From Lachnospiraceae bacterium (GTDB lineage: Bacteria > Bacillota > Clostridia > Lachnospirales > Lachnospiraceae): a DNA stretch of 64,000 bases. The position numbers were made by a program, and so were the translations under genes. The notes below the pieces were generated by a model. That model was not told the origin of the DNA and did no database searches. It was given only the letters and a program-made list of their open reading frames with translations. Position 1 is the stretch's first letter. Each line of letters begins with the position of its first letter. Below, in pieces: positions 54,250-63,459 of the stretch. The DNA is taken from assembly GCA_017462755.1 (NCBI GenBank), contig JAFTQM010000014.1, forward strand, positions 2,316 through 66,315, written 5' to 3'.

Positions 54250-54288
54250 AAAGGTGGATTCCTACGGATAGCGGGAATCCACCTTTTT
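54248..54288. terminator. Bidirectional rho-independent terminator between convergent genes
   Basis: 15-bp perfect stem AAAAAGGTGGATTCC / GGAATCCACCTTTTT with an 11-nt loop. Confidence 0.8.
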
Positions 54289-54292
54289 GAAG

Positions 54293-55987
54293 CTAAGCAA
54301 GATGTTCTTTTTGCTTGCGTTTGAATTCATACATTCTGGTATCTGCAGTGTGGTATACCTCGTGTGCGCTGCATTCCTTCCACTCGCTTGCCGCTGCGTA
54401 ACCAAAGGCGGCAGTCAGCTGAAAATTGTTGCAACGGTGACTGTATTCCTCCAGACGCTGTTGGAAACGTGTCAGATGCTTGTCATAAGAAAAGGCGCGT
54501 GCATCGTCAATGACAATCAGGAATTCATCGCCACCCATACGTCCGATAAAACCGAATTTTTCGAAGTACTCCTTTAAAAGCTCGGCGAAGGTCTTGAGCA
54601 GGTGGTCACCGACCTCGTGACCGTGGGAGTCGTTGGTAATCTTCAAATCGTTCAGGTCGATGCTGATAATACCGTAGTTTGCATCGTCGATTTCCTCGAC
54701 CTGACGCAGCTTTTCTTCGCAGGCGTGTCGATTACCGATATCAGTCAATTCGTCCGTGTAAGCATATTTTTTCAGAACTTCATTCTCGGCTTTTTTGGTC
54801 AATGTAATCAGCGTTTCCATGACAAATGCAATCAGCAGGAACAGGACAAAGCCGAGTGTACCGATGGCAGTAAAGGCAAGCATGGATGTCGGATTGCCGG
54901 TAAGAAGCACGATAATATCGTACACGATAACATCCAAAAGTACACCGGCGCCTGCCAGACAGATACCAATCATTTGAATCCGGTCGGCACTGTGACGACG
55001 ACGGAAATTCTTCATGACACAATAAAAAATGGATAACACGGCTGCAAGCTGAAATACATGCAGAAGCGAAAGTAATTTTTTAAAATGAATCAAATCGGAG
55101 AAATGCAGGATGCAGGCAATTGCGGCGAATGCAATCTCTAACACCAGCAAAATCCGATAAAAAATCAGTATGCCCCTTTGTCTGGTATATTGGACATCCC
55201 GATAAAAATACAGCATAATCGGAACGGCCGTCCAGAAAAGAGTGAAATTCTCCAAGGTCGAAATAAAGTATACCGGCAGATTGAACAGCTGCCAGAAATC
55301 GAAATAGCAGGTACTCCACAAGCCTACCAGGAAAGCGAATAAACCGACGAAATAGATGCGGAGTGCAGATGGAATCTTGAAAGTCAGGAAGGCTGACACA
55401 ATCTGCAACAAAAGCCCGAACAACATCAAAAACAGACCAATAAAGCAGAAAATTCCCTGTTTGGCATACAACGCTTTGATGGCTGTGTTTGCAGGATAAA
55501 TCGCAGGAATGTCAAAGGAGGTCAAGACATCATACTCGGTTGGATAATAACACACCCGAAGCTCTTTGCCTGAAAAGTCGGACGGTAAAGAGACGATATG
55601 ACAGCCACTGCCTGCAAATTTGTGTGCTTCCAATCGGTCCATTGCATATTCGTAGAGCAGAACCTCATCAATCCAAACCTGAAGAGCGGAATGATAGCAG
55701 TTGAGCAAAAGCTCGTTGTTCCCGGAAAAAGCACTGTCCGGAAGCATTGTAATCAATGTAATGGTATCCTTGTAGCGAGTATTGTTCAGTCGAACCCCTG
55801 ATATATTTGCATCAGAAGCGAGGACTGTATCGTTATGTAAGACAGTCCAATGATGTTCTAATAAGATATTTGGAAAAGTATTGTTTCGCATATAGTGTCC
55901 CATGATTGCCAGACAGAGTACGCAAAGAAAGGTTAAGACGATAGTAGTTAAATGGGAAAATCGTCGATTTGTTTTTCCTATTTTCAT
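54293..55987 (-). CDS. Diguanylate cyclase (GGDEF domain) with an N-terminal extracytoplasmic domain and 7TM sensor module
   Basis: 564 aa with GAGGGGA SD. Signal-anchor, ~170-aa external domain, ~7 TM segments, C-terminal GGDEF domain (...DELTDIGNRHA...RMGGDEFLIV...). Confidence 0.85.
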   Translation of the reverse strand: MKIGKTNRRFSHLTTIVLTFLCVLCLAIMGHYMRNNTFPNILLEHHWTVLHNDTVLASDANISGVRLNNTRYKDTITLITMLPDSAFSGNNELLLNCYHSALQVWIDEVLLYEYAMDRLEAHKFAGSGCHIVSLPSDFSGKELRVCYYPTEYDVLTSFDIPAIYPANTAIKALYAKQGIFCFIGLFLMLFGLLLQIVSAFLTFKIPSALRIYFVGLFAFLVGLWSTCYFDFWQLFNLPVYFISTLENFTLFWTAVPIMLYFYRDVQYTRQRGILIFYRILLVLEIAFAAIACILHFSDLIHFKKLLSLLHVFQLAAVLSIFYCVMKNFRRRHSADRIQMIGICLAGAGVLLDVIVYDIIVLLTGNPTSMLAFTAIGTLGFVLFLLIAFVMETLITLTKKAENEVLKKYAYTDELTDIGNRHACEEKLRQVEEIDDANYGIISIDLNDLKITNDSHGHEVGDHLLKTFAELLKEYFEKFGFIGRMGGDEFLIVIDDARAFSYDKHLTRFQQRLEEYSHRCNNFQLTAAFGYAAASEWKECSAHEVYHTADTRMYEFKRKQKEHLA

Positions 55988-56097
55988 AGACAGTCCCCTC
56001 GCATGTCAAAATACTAATCAAAAGTGTACAACCCTCATATAGTACTATATTAACATAATATGAAGATGTTTTGCAAGCATTTCAGTAAGATAGTGAC

Positions 56098-56126
56098 TTG
56101 ACAAGCGTCAGAACGTAGGCTATGCT
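56098..56126 (+). promoter_or_regulatory. Sigma-A-type promoter
   Basis: -35 TTGACA (56098-56103), 17-nt spacer, -10 TATGCT (56121-56126). Confidence 0.4.
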
Positions 56127-56186
56127 ATATTTTACAAAGCTTAGGAAGAAGGAAAGCGTAGAAAATGCGCAGAAATGAGGTAGAAT

Positions 56187-56954
56187 ATGCATATTACATT
56201 AACCGGTAATTTAGGAAGCGGAAAGTCAACGATTTGCAAGATATTAGAAAATGATTATCAGTATGAGATTTATTCGACCGGAAAGGTACAGCGTGCGATT
56301 GCAGAGGAGATGGGAATCAGCGTATTGGAGATGAATCAGCTGATGTGTACAGACCACAAGTATGACCACCTGATTGATGATACAACAGCGAAAATTTCCC
56401 GCGAAAATCCGGACAAGGCGATTGTATTTGACTCTCGTCTGGCATGGAATTTTGTAGAGAAGTCCTTCAAGGTATTTTTGTCGGTAAGTCTGCAGGTGGC
56501 AGCAGAGCGTGTATACAACGATAACCGTGGCGAGGTAGAGAAGTACAGCTCGGTAGAAGATGCGAAGAACCAGTTGAAGCTGCGTGCGCAGACGGAGGAT
56601 GTAAGATATAAGGATATTTATGGTTTGGAGTATTTTAATTTTAACAATTACAATCTGATTTTGGACAGTACTTATTGTACACCGGATGCATTGGCAAAGC
56701 TTTTGATGTCAGAGGCAAATGCTTATGACGCGGCGGTATCGGCAGGAGAGCAGCCGGGCGTAAAGATTTTGATGTCGCCAAAGCGTCTGGGTGTGAAAAT
56801 CGGAGAATTGAAGCTGGAGCAGGAGATGTTGTATCCGGCAGGAATTGTTAAAATCCGTGCAACGGAAGAGGATTATGAAATCGTAGAAGGAAGAGAGATT
56901 GCAGAAGAGGCGGCAGCCAAGGGAATGCCGTTTGTAGCTGCACAATTAGTCTAA
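56187..56954 (+). CDS. Cytidylate-kinase-like P-loop NTPase with a ~70-aa C-terminal extension
   Basis: 255 aa with GAGGT SD. P-loop ITLTGNLGSGKST. I cannot assign the C-terminal ~70 aa. Confidence 0.55.
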   Translation: MHITLTGNLGSGKSTICKILENDYQYEIYSTGKVQRAIAEEMGISVLEMNQLMCTDHKYDHLIDDTTAKISRENPDKAIVFDSRLAWNFVEKSFKVFLSVSLQVAAERVYNDNRGEVEKYSSVEDAKNQLKLRAQTEDVRYKDIYGLEYFNFNNYNLILDSTYCTPDALAKLLMSEANAYDAAVSAGEQPGVKILMSPKRLGVKIGELKLEQEMLYPAGIVKIRATEEDYEIVEGREIAEEAAAKGMPFVAAQLV

Positions 56955-57007
56955 AATCTGAACTGTGTCCCCGGAAGGTGCTTCCGGGGATATTTATGAG
57001 GAAAGAA

Positions 57008-58198
57008 ATGCAGGAAAAGAAGTTAAACTATAATAAAACGCTGTATGCCTGTTTTGTCGGCTATATTGTACAGGCAATTGTAAATAATTTTGTTCCGTTG
57101 TTGTTTTTAAATTTTCAGAAGCAGTACGGTATTCCGTTGGAGAAGATTACCCTGTTGGTTACCATCAATTTTGGATTGCAGCTGTGCGTTGATTTGATTG
57201 CAGCAGGCTTTGTGGACAAAATCGGTTATCGGGTTTCTGCAATGTTAGCGCATGGCTTTGCGGTAGCCGGGCTGGTGCTTTTGACGATTTTGCCGGAGGT
57301 AATGGCGGATCCGTTTACCGGAATTTTGGCGGCGGTTATGGTATATGCGATTGGCGGCGGATTGCTGGAGGTGTTGATCAGTCCGATTGTAGAGGCCTGT
57401 CCGACGGATAACAAGGAAACGGCGATGAGCCTGCTGCATTCGTTCTATTGCTGGGGACATGTCGGAGTCGTGCTGGGTTCTACGCTGTTTTTCGGGTTGT
57501 TTGGCATAGAAAACTGGAAGGTTATGGCTTGTATCTGGGCGTTGGTACCTTTGGTCAATTTTGTATTGTTTTCGCGTGTGCCGATTGCTTCGCTTTTGTC
57601 CGAGGGAGAGGAGAGCATGAGCTTAAAAATGCTGGCGAAGAACCGGGTATTTTGGCTGCTCATGATGCTGATGGTTTGTGCGGGAGCGTGTGAACAGGCG
57701 GTAAGTCAATGGGCATCGACCTTTGCAGAGAAGGGGCTCGGTATCAGCAAAACGCTCGGAGACCTGACCGGACCGATGATGTTTGCTATTTTTATGGGTA
57801 CGGCAAGAGCGCTGTATGGAAAATACGGGGAGAAAATCCGTCTGGAGAAATTTATGTTCTTTAGCGGTATGCTCTGTCTGGTATCGTATCTGCTGATTGC
57901 ATTGGTACCGAATGCGGTAGTCGGGCTGGCAGGCTGTGCGTTGTGCGGTCTCTCGGTAGGTATTATGTGGCCGGGCACCTTTAGTATGGCAGCCGCAGGA
58001 CTTCGAACCGGAGGAACCCTGATGTTTGCGTTGCTTGCGCTGGCAGGGGATTTGGGCTGTTCGTCGGGACCGACGGTGGTCGGTGCGGTAGCAGGCTTGT
58101 TTGAGGAAAATCTGCGAGTAGGAATTCTGGCAGCGGTAGTATTTCCGGTGCTGTTATTGATTGGTTTAGTCATGTGGAAAAAACGGAGCGGAGCATAG
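57008..58198 (+). CDS. MFS transporter
   Basis: ORF-track 56978..58198. ATG 57008 (MQEKKLNYNK...) follows AGGAAAG. 12 predicted TM segments in a 6+6 arrangement. Confidence 0.8.
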   Translation: MQEKKLNYNKTLYACFVGYIVQAIVNNFVPLLFLNFQKQYGIPLEKITLLVTINFGLQLCVDLIAAGFVDKIGYRVSAMLAHGFAVAGLVLLTILPEVMADPFTGILAAVMVYAIGGGLLEVLISPIVEACPTDNKETAMSLLHSFYCWGHVGVVLGSTLFFGLFGIENWKVMACIWALVPLVNFVLFSRVPIASLLSEGEESMSLKMLAKNRVFWLLMMLMVCAGACEQAVSQWASTFAEKGLGISKTLGDLTGPMMFAIFMGTARALYGKYGEKIRLEKFMFFSGMLCLVSYLLIALVPNAVVGLAGCALCGLSVGIMWPGTFSMAAAGLRTGGTLMFALLALAGDLGCSSGPTVVGAVAGLFEENLRVGILAAVVFPVLLLIGLVMWKKRSGA

Positions 58199-58375
58199 AT
58201 TTATTTTTGTGTTTGTTCTTCATGGTTTTATTTGGAAACGAACGGACATTTGCCGGTGAGTATCATCGATTTACAGTAGCTGTAAATGAGCGAGAAAACG
58301 AAAAAATTAGTTGGTATTCTTCTGATGAAAATGTAGCTCGATTGAAAAACGATACACTCTCTTAGAGAGATGTAG

Positions 58376-58414
58376 GGGGCATATCGAATAGAACGATATG
58401 CCCCTTGTTTTTTA
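58376..58414 (+). terminator. Rho-independent terminator
   Basis: GGGGCATATCG aatagaa CGATATGCCCC followed by TTGTTTTTTATTTT. The T-run overlaps the stop of the convergent Rpn-family gene. Confidence 0.7.
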
Positions 58415-59386
58415 TTTTAGGTTCCGTAACTGTTCCAGTTCTTTTTGTAATGCAATGAGTTCAGCATCTTTTTGCGACAATTGAGCTTGCAGTTGCTCGC
58501 AGTGGCTTTCGAGTTGTTCGCGCTGGTTCTCGAGTTGTTCGCGTTGGTTCTCGAGCTGTTCGCAGTGGCTTTCAAGCTGTTCGCAGTGATTTTCCAGTTC
58601 TGCACAGTGGATTTCCAATTGTTTTGCCTGCTCTTCTTTATACTTGTGATAGCGTTGCAGGCGGTAATATTCTTCTCTGGCTTCGCATTGCTGGCGAATT
58701 CGTTCTTCTTCACTCAACATATACATGGTATTGGTAGCTTCTTGGATATACTCGTTATTCTGTGCAAGCATCTTAATCTCCTCCCATTCCGTGGTGCGAA
58801 AGAGGGCTGCCCATTCATCAATATGATTTGACCGGTCCTCTTCGGTGGCTAGCTTGGTTTGATTTAAGTTTATCACAGAAAGAACGAATTTGTCACTATA
58901 AACGTGATGATTTTTTTCATTTTGAAGTTTGTAGGTAGCATAGAATTCCGGATGTTCCGGAAAGAGATCAAATTCAAGAAAGCAGATTTGAATAACCGGC
59001 ATTGTCTCAATATAGCCTTGACCGCGGGTCAGGTTGTCGAAGGTACGACAAAGATATGTAAGGGAACGCTCCGGCCAGTTTCCTTCGTTTACAACTTGCA
59101 TTTCCAAATTGATAATGCGGTTTTGGTTGAGAAGGATAGAAATGTCAAGTACGACGGTCTTGTCATCCAAAGTTTCACCAAGCTCGATGGGATTTCGGAT
59201 GGTTGTTTCTTTGATTTCCTCCGGTTTTAAATGAAGCAAGGAGCAGAGCAGGCCGGTAAGAGCTTTTTGATTGGTTTGGAACACTGCCCGAAAGAGATAG
59301 TCGTTTGTCATACGATATCGCACCTTACCGGTAGCCTTCGCATAAATGGGAATGACAGTGTCTGAAAATGTGTTTTGATTAAGCAT
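58412..59386 (-). CDS. Rpn family recombination-promoting nuclease / putative transposase (PD-(D/E)XK fold) with a C-terminal heptad-repeat tail
   Basis: ORF-track 58412..59590. ATG 59386 (MLNQNTFSDTVIPIYAKATG...) follows AAAGGAGGA. N-terminal ...MTNDYLFRAVF...VVLDISILLNQNRIINLEMQV... is typical of this family. Confidence 0.75.
   Translation of the reverse strand: MLNQNTFSDTVIPIYAKATGKVRYRMTNDYLFRAVFQTNQKALTGLLCSLLHLKPEEIKETTIRNPIELGETLDDKTVVLDISILLNQNRIINLEMQVVNEGNWPERSLTYLCRTFDNLTRGQGYIETMPVIQICFLEFDLFPEHPEFYATYKLQNEKNHHVYSDKFVLSVINLNQTKLATEEDRSNHIDEWAALFRTTEWEEIKMLAQNNEYIQEATNTMYMLSEEERIRQQCEAREEYYRLQRYHKYKEEQAKQLEIHCAELENHCEQLESHCEQLENQREQLENQREQLESHCEQLQAQLSQKDAELIALQKELEQLRNLK
58493..58618 (-). 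repeat. Six tandem in-frame 21-bp repeats inside the Rpn-family gene
   Basis: Units start at 58493, 58514, 58535, 58556, 58577 and 58598. They encode (E/Q)LE(N/S)(H/Q)(C/R)EQ heptads (...ELENHCEQLESHCEQLENQREQLENQREQLESHCEQL...). Confidence 0.85.
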
Positions 59387-59696
59387 AGATCCTCCTTTTG
59401 GGTATGAAATTAAAATAAGTGAAAGTAATTGATGTGCATATCGCGCACGTTGAGGTAAAGCGGAGTATCCGCAATGCCATAAAACATAGAAAATAATAGA
59501 AAAAATAGAAATGCTGAGAAGCAGCATAGCAATATTATAATGTTGATATCGGGAATATGCAAGCAAAAAATGTTCGAATATGATATTCAAGCCATAAGAG
59601 AGCCAAAAAACTTCACATAGAAGATTTTGGCTCTCTTATTTGGTATTGCTATTTTATGTATTTATTCATGAGACTTTGCAATGAAGAGCAATGACA

Positions 59697-61850
59697 TTAC
59701 ATTGCTTTTACCCAGACACTCATTTCGCCTTCGCCGCGGTTGTTCCAGTATGCATAAGGAACGAAGGTCAGCGTGGTATCCTCATAAACCGGAGCCTGAT
59801 ATGTGGTATAAAGCTGTGGCAGCAGACTACGGTAAGCAGCGCTCTTGGAGGAATCTGCTGCATTTGTAACAGAAGCATTGCCGGAGGTCGGATTAGATTC
59901 CGATGCTACACGTCTTCTTCCGGCTGCGGTAATGACCGGAGCACCAAACAACACATCCGGTTTTACTTCAAAGACCGGAGCGGCAGCATTGATTTCGGAC
60001 AAATGCAGATTCGTGCCGTTGTCTGCTTCCTCGATACAGTAAACCAATGGACCGTAGGTAACAGCGACCTTGCCAATATCCTCGCGAACGGCAGGATTTG
60101 CAGCAATAACCTTTGGTACAACCGGACAGGACAGTGCAATGACATCACCGGCATTCCAGGTATTGGTCAGATACAAATAACCATCCTTAATTTCGAAGGA
60201 AACAGAAGCCTTATCAGCGGTAGTCCAACAGCCGTTATCGTTTTGCAAGTGAAGCAGTGCAGTTCCGTTTAAGGTAACATCCATTGCATTGGTCCAATCC
60301 AGCAAACGAAGTGCCAGTGTCATAGCGGACGAAGCCGCGGTGTCAAAACGGAAGGAAGCAGTACCCTCATATGGGAAACCGGAGGTGATGCTCAATTTTA
60401 CCACTTCACCGTTTACCTCCTTGGTCAGCTCACTGCCGATATATAAATGCGCGAATAAAGTATCGTCCTTTTCGGTGTATGCATAGGACGCGATAGAACT
60501 GAGCAAACGCGCGATATTTGGAGGGCAGCAAGCACAGCCGAACCACTTTTGGCGAACCGGCTTTACATGGAACTTGCGCTCATCCTTGTGGCATGCCTCC
60601 GGCAATACCTCGAGTGGATTTACATAGAAGAAGCTCTTGCCGTCGAGTGCCATACCGCTCAATACACCGTTGTATAATGCACGTTCCATAACATTTGCAT
60701 AGCGTGCATCCGGAGAAATCTGGAGCATGCGGCGCGCAAAGAAAATCAAACCGATGGAAGCACAGGTTTCGGCATATGCAGTATCGTTTGGCAGGTCATA
60801 GTTGAAGGAAAATGCCTCGCCGAGATGAGTGGCACCGATACCACCGGTAATGTACATCTTCTGCTGAGTCATATTGTCCCAAAGTGCCTCGCAGGCAGTG
60901 AGCAGTTCCTCATCCTGATCCAAACGGGCAAGGTCTGCCATTGCAGAATAGAGATAAACCGCACGTACGGAATGTCCGGTAGCCTCGCGCTGCTCGCGTA
61001 CCGGCTGGTGGGACTGGTGATAGTGATAACGCATCGGAGGATTCTCACCCTTCTCCGTGTATGGGTGGTCTACCTCAAAATCATAATAGTATGGACGAAG
61101 ACCGCGAATGTCTACAAAGAAACGGGACAATGCCAGATAACGGTCATTTCCGGTCGCCTGATACAGACGAACCAGTGCCATCTCTGCAATCTCGTGTCCC
61201 GGATAGCCCTTGCATTTTTCCGGCTCCGGTCCGAAATAAGAATCAATAAAATCGGCAAAACGGCAGGCAGCCTTTAACAGCTTATCCTTACCGGTAGCCT
61301 CATAGTAAGCAACCGCGCCCTCTGTCAAGTGACCGAAGCAGTACAGCTCGTGATGGTCGCGCAGGTTGGTAAACATCTTGCTCATATCGTTGATGATGTA
61401 GAAGGTATCCAAATAGCCGTTTTCCAACTGAGCCGCACAAACTACGTCGATTGCCTTGTCCGCAATCGCTTCCAGTTCGGCATCCGGATGCTGAGTCAGA
61501 GAATAAGCTACGGCCTCAATCCACTTAGAAAAATCGGTATCCTGAAATACGAAGCCATAGAAGCGTTCTTCCATATGCTCCATATCCTCCGGCACTAGAT
61601 TAAAAATGCTGGTGGTCCAGGTTGGCTGCACATAGGATGGGTCAGCCGCCTTTCTGGCATTCAGCTTGCCTGCCAGTTCAAAATTTTTCATACAAAAGCT
61701 TGGGTCAGCGCCCGGCACACGGTCGTTGAGTGCTTCCCACTGATAAGGAATAACCTCGTTACGAACCAGCTCCATTTCCTTTTTCCAGAAAGAATCGGTT
61801 ACTTTAATATTACGCAGAGAAATTGGGGTGTTAAAATTGGATGTATTCAT
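59697..61850 (-). CDS. Glycoside hydrolase family 127 protein (beta-L-arabinofuranosidase-like, DUF1680)
   Basis: 717 aa with AAAGGAG SD. N-terminal ...VTDSFWKKEMELVRNEVIPYQWEALND... and the Cys-rich ...WFGCACCPPNIARL... motif are characteristic of GH127. Confidence 0.85.
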   Translation of the reverse strand: MNTSNFNTPISLRNIKVTDSFWKKEMELVRNEVIPYQWEALNDRVPGADPSFCMKNFELAGKLNARKAADPSYVQPTWTTSIFNLVPEDMEHMEERFYGFVFQDTDFSKWIEAVAYSLTQHPDAELEAIADKAIDVVCAAQLENGYLDTFYIINDMSKMFTNLRDHHELYCFGHLTEGAVAYYEATGKDKLLKAACRFADFIDSYFGPEPEKCKGYPGHEIAEMALVRLYQATGNDRYLALSRFFVDIRGLRPYYYDFEVDHPYTEKGENPPMRYHYHQSHQPVREQREATGHSVRAVYLYSAMADLARLDQDEELLTACEALWDNMTQQKMYITGGIGATHLGEAFSFNYDLPNDTAYAETCASIGLIFFARRMLQISPDARYANVMERALYNGVLSGMALDGKSFFYVNPLEVLPEACHKDERKFHVKPVRQKWFGCACCPPNIARLLSSIASYAYTEKDDTLFAHLYIGSELTKEVNGEVVKLSITSGFPYEGTASFRFDTAASSAMTLALRLLDWTNAMDVTLNGTALLHLQNDNGCWTTADKASVSFEIKDGYLYLTNTWNAGDVIALSCPVVPKVIAANPAVREDIGKVAVTYGPLVYCIEEADNGTNLHLSEINAAAPVFEVKPDVLFGAPVITAAGRRRVASESNPTSGNASVTNAADSSKSAAYRSLLPQLYTTYQAPVYEDTTLTFVPYAYWNNRGEGEMSVWVKAM

Positions 61851-61885
61851 AATGCTCCTTTCGTATGACTCGATATAAAGATAGT

Positions 61886-61927
61886 AAGACTCGCAGGTGC
61901 GGTATGGTACTTGCGAGTCTTTTGTTT
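61886..61927. other. 13-bp hairpin between the trkH stop and the GH127 start (trkH terminator and/or GH127 leader structure)
   Basis: AAGACTCGCAGGT / ACTTGCGAGTCTT with a 10-nt loop. A minus-strand promoter-like element lies upstream of it (-35 TTGCAG 61962-61957, 17-nt spacer, -10 TATAAT 61939-61934). The hairpin would therefore be in the GH127 5' UTR. Confidence 0.45.
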
Positions 61928-62000
61928 GATGGTATTATACAATTTTTTGTAGCTGTCTGCAATGGGAATAAGGTTATAACGAGTGTAAAAAAGTAAGATG

Positions 62001-63443
62001 TTATACCTTACGCCAAGTGCCGGGAAGGAACAGAATGAGCATTGGAATAACCTCAAGTCTGCCGGCGAGCATGTTGAACATCAAGACATATTTGGAGAGG
62101 ACGGAAAACTCGGAAAAGTTTCCGGTCGGACCGACCATTTCCAGACCGGGACCAATGTTGTTTAAGGTCGCGGAGACTGCGGTAAAATTGGTAGTAAAGC
62201 TAAATCCGTCCAAGCTGATAATCAGCAGAGAGGTAACAAAAATCAAAGCATATGCCATGATGTATACATTGCAGGAACGAATGTTAGAATGCTCCATCGC
62301 TTTACCGTCCATTTTGACAATACTAATCTGGCGCGGATGAATCTGCTGCTTTAATTCTTTTTTGATTTGTTTAAAATACAGCAGAATACGTGAGACCTTG
62401 ATACCACCGCCGGTGGAGCCTGCGCAGGCACCGATAAACATCAGGCAGACGAGAATGGTACGGCAGATTTGAGGCCAAAGGTCAAAGTCAGAAGTAGCGT
62501 AGCCGGTCGTAGTCATGACAGATGCCACCTGAAATGCGGATTGCTGTAAGTTGTATCCGAAACTGCCGCCTTGGCAGGTTAAGCTGATGGCAATGGTTAA
62601 AACTGCTATAAGAAAAATGTAAAAGTACCAGCGAACCTCTTCCAAATGAAAGGCATCCTTAGCACGACGGATAAGAATGTAATAATAAAAGGTAAAATTT
62701 ACACCAAATAAAAACATAAAGACAGTAATGACAACTTGCAGGTAGGTAGAATAACCGGCTATGCTGTCGTTTTTGATACCAAAGCCGCCGGTTCCGGCAG
62801 TACCGAAAGCGTGACAAAGGGAATCAAATAATGGCATGCCACCAAACAACAAAAGGATGGTTTCAATAACAGTCATGGCAAAATAAATCGCGTAGAGCAA
62901 AAATGCAGTCTGTTGCATCTTTGGAACCAGCTTGCCGACCACCGGACCGGGGCTCTCTGCTTTCATCAGATTCATCGTAGAACCGCCGGACATCGGGAAG
63001 ATGGCAAGGATAAAGACCAGTACGCCCATACCGCCAATCCAATGGGAAAAGCTTCGCCAAAACAGATTTGCATGGGACAAGGCTTCGACATTGGTTAGAA
63101 TGCTGGAGCCGGTAGTGGTAAAGCCGGAAATAATCTCAAACAGAGCATTTGTAAAATTGGGGATATCTCCGGTAAATACAAACGGCAATGCTCCGATAAG
63201 ACTCATAACAATCCAGCTAAAGGATACGGCGAGAAAGCCTTCCTTTGCATAGAAGGTGGTGTTTTTCGTTTTTTTCAGCCTGCCGAGTCCGCCAATGAGA
63301 ATACAAAGTGCAGCAATCGCCAAATATACCAGTGCATCGGTGGTTTCTCCATAGCAGAAGCCGACGATGCAGGGCAGTATCAGCAGGGCACCCTGCAATA
63401 GGACAACCCAGGAAAGAATGGATAAAATAATTGCAAAATTCAT
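62001..63443 (-). CDS. trkH: TrkH family potassium uptake protein
   Basis: ORF-track 62001..63527. ATG 63443 (MNFAIILSILSW...) follows GGGAAGG. Polytopic, with repeated pore-loop-type GG motifs (TTGSS, GTAGTGG, GSTGGG). Confidence 0.9.
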   Translation of the reverse strand: MNFAIILSILSWVVLLQGALLILPCIVGFCYGETTDALVYLAIAALCILIGGLGRLKKTKNTTFYAKEGFLAVSFSWIVMSLIGALPFVFTGDIPNFTNALFEIISGFTTTGSSILTNVEALSHANLFWRSFSHWIGGMGVLVFILAIFPMSGGSTMNLMKAESPGPVVGKLVPKMQQTAFLLYAIYFAMTVIETILLLFGGMPLFDSLCHAFGTAGTGGFGIKNDSIAGYSTYLQVVITVFMFLFGVNFTFYYYILIRRAKDAFHLEEVRWYFYIFLIAVLTIAISLTCQGGSFGYNLQQSAFQVASVMTTTGYATSDFDLWPQICRTILVCLMFIGACAGSTGGGIKVSRILLYFKQIKKELKQQIHPRQISIVKMDGKAMEHSNIRSCNVYIMAYALIFVTSLLIISLDGFSFTTNFTAVSATLNNIGPGLEMVGPTGNFSEFSVLSKYVLMFNMLAGRLEVIPMLILFLPGTWRKV

Positions 63444-63459
63444 AATAACGTACCTTCCC

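Noticed and set aside
58174-58365. 63-aa ORF after the MFS gene. Its C-terminal part (FTVAVNERENEKISWYSSDENVARLKNDT) faintly resembles a bacterial Ig-like (Big_2) domain fragment.
   Set aside because: It is too short and the similarity is only impressionistic. It has no SD and overlaps the MFS stop. It may be a remnant of a surface-protein gene, but I cannot support that as a feature.
58493-58618. Possible CRISPR array or other non-coding tandem repeat.
   Set aside because: The 21-bp units are contiguous with no spacers, in frame, and encode a heptad coiled coil within the Rpn-family ORF. No cas genes are present.
58412-59696. The Rpn-family gene as a bounded insertion sequence (mobile_element call).
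   Set aside because: I found no terminal inverted repeats or target-site duplication around it. This family is transposase-like by annotation only, so it is reported as a CDS.
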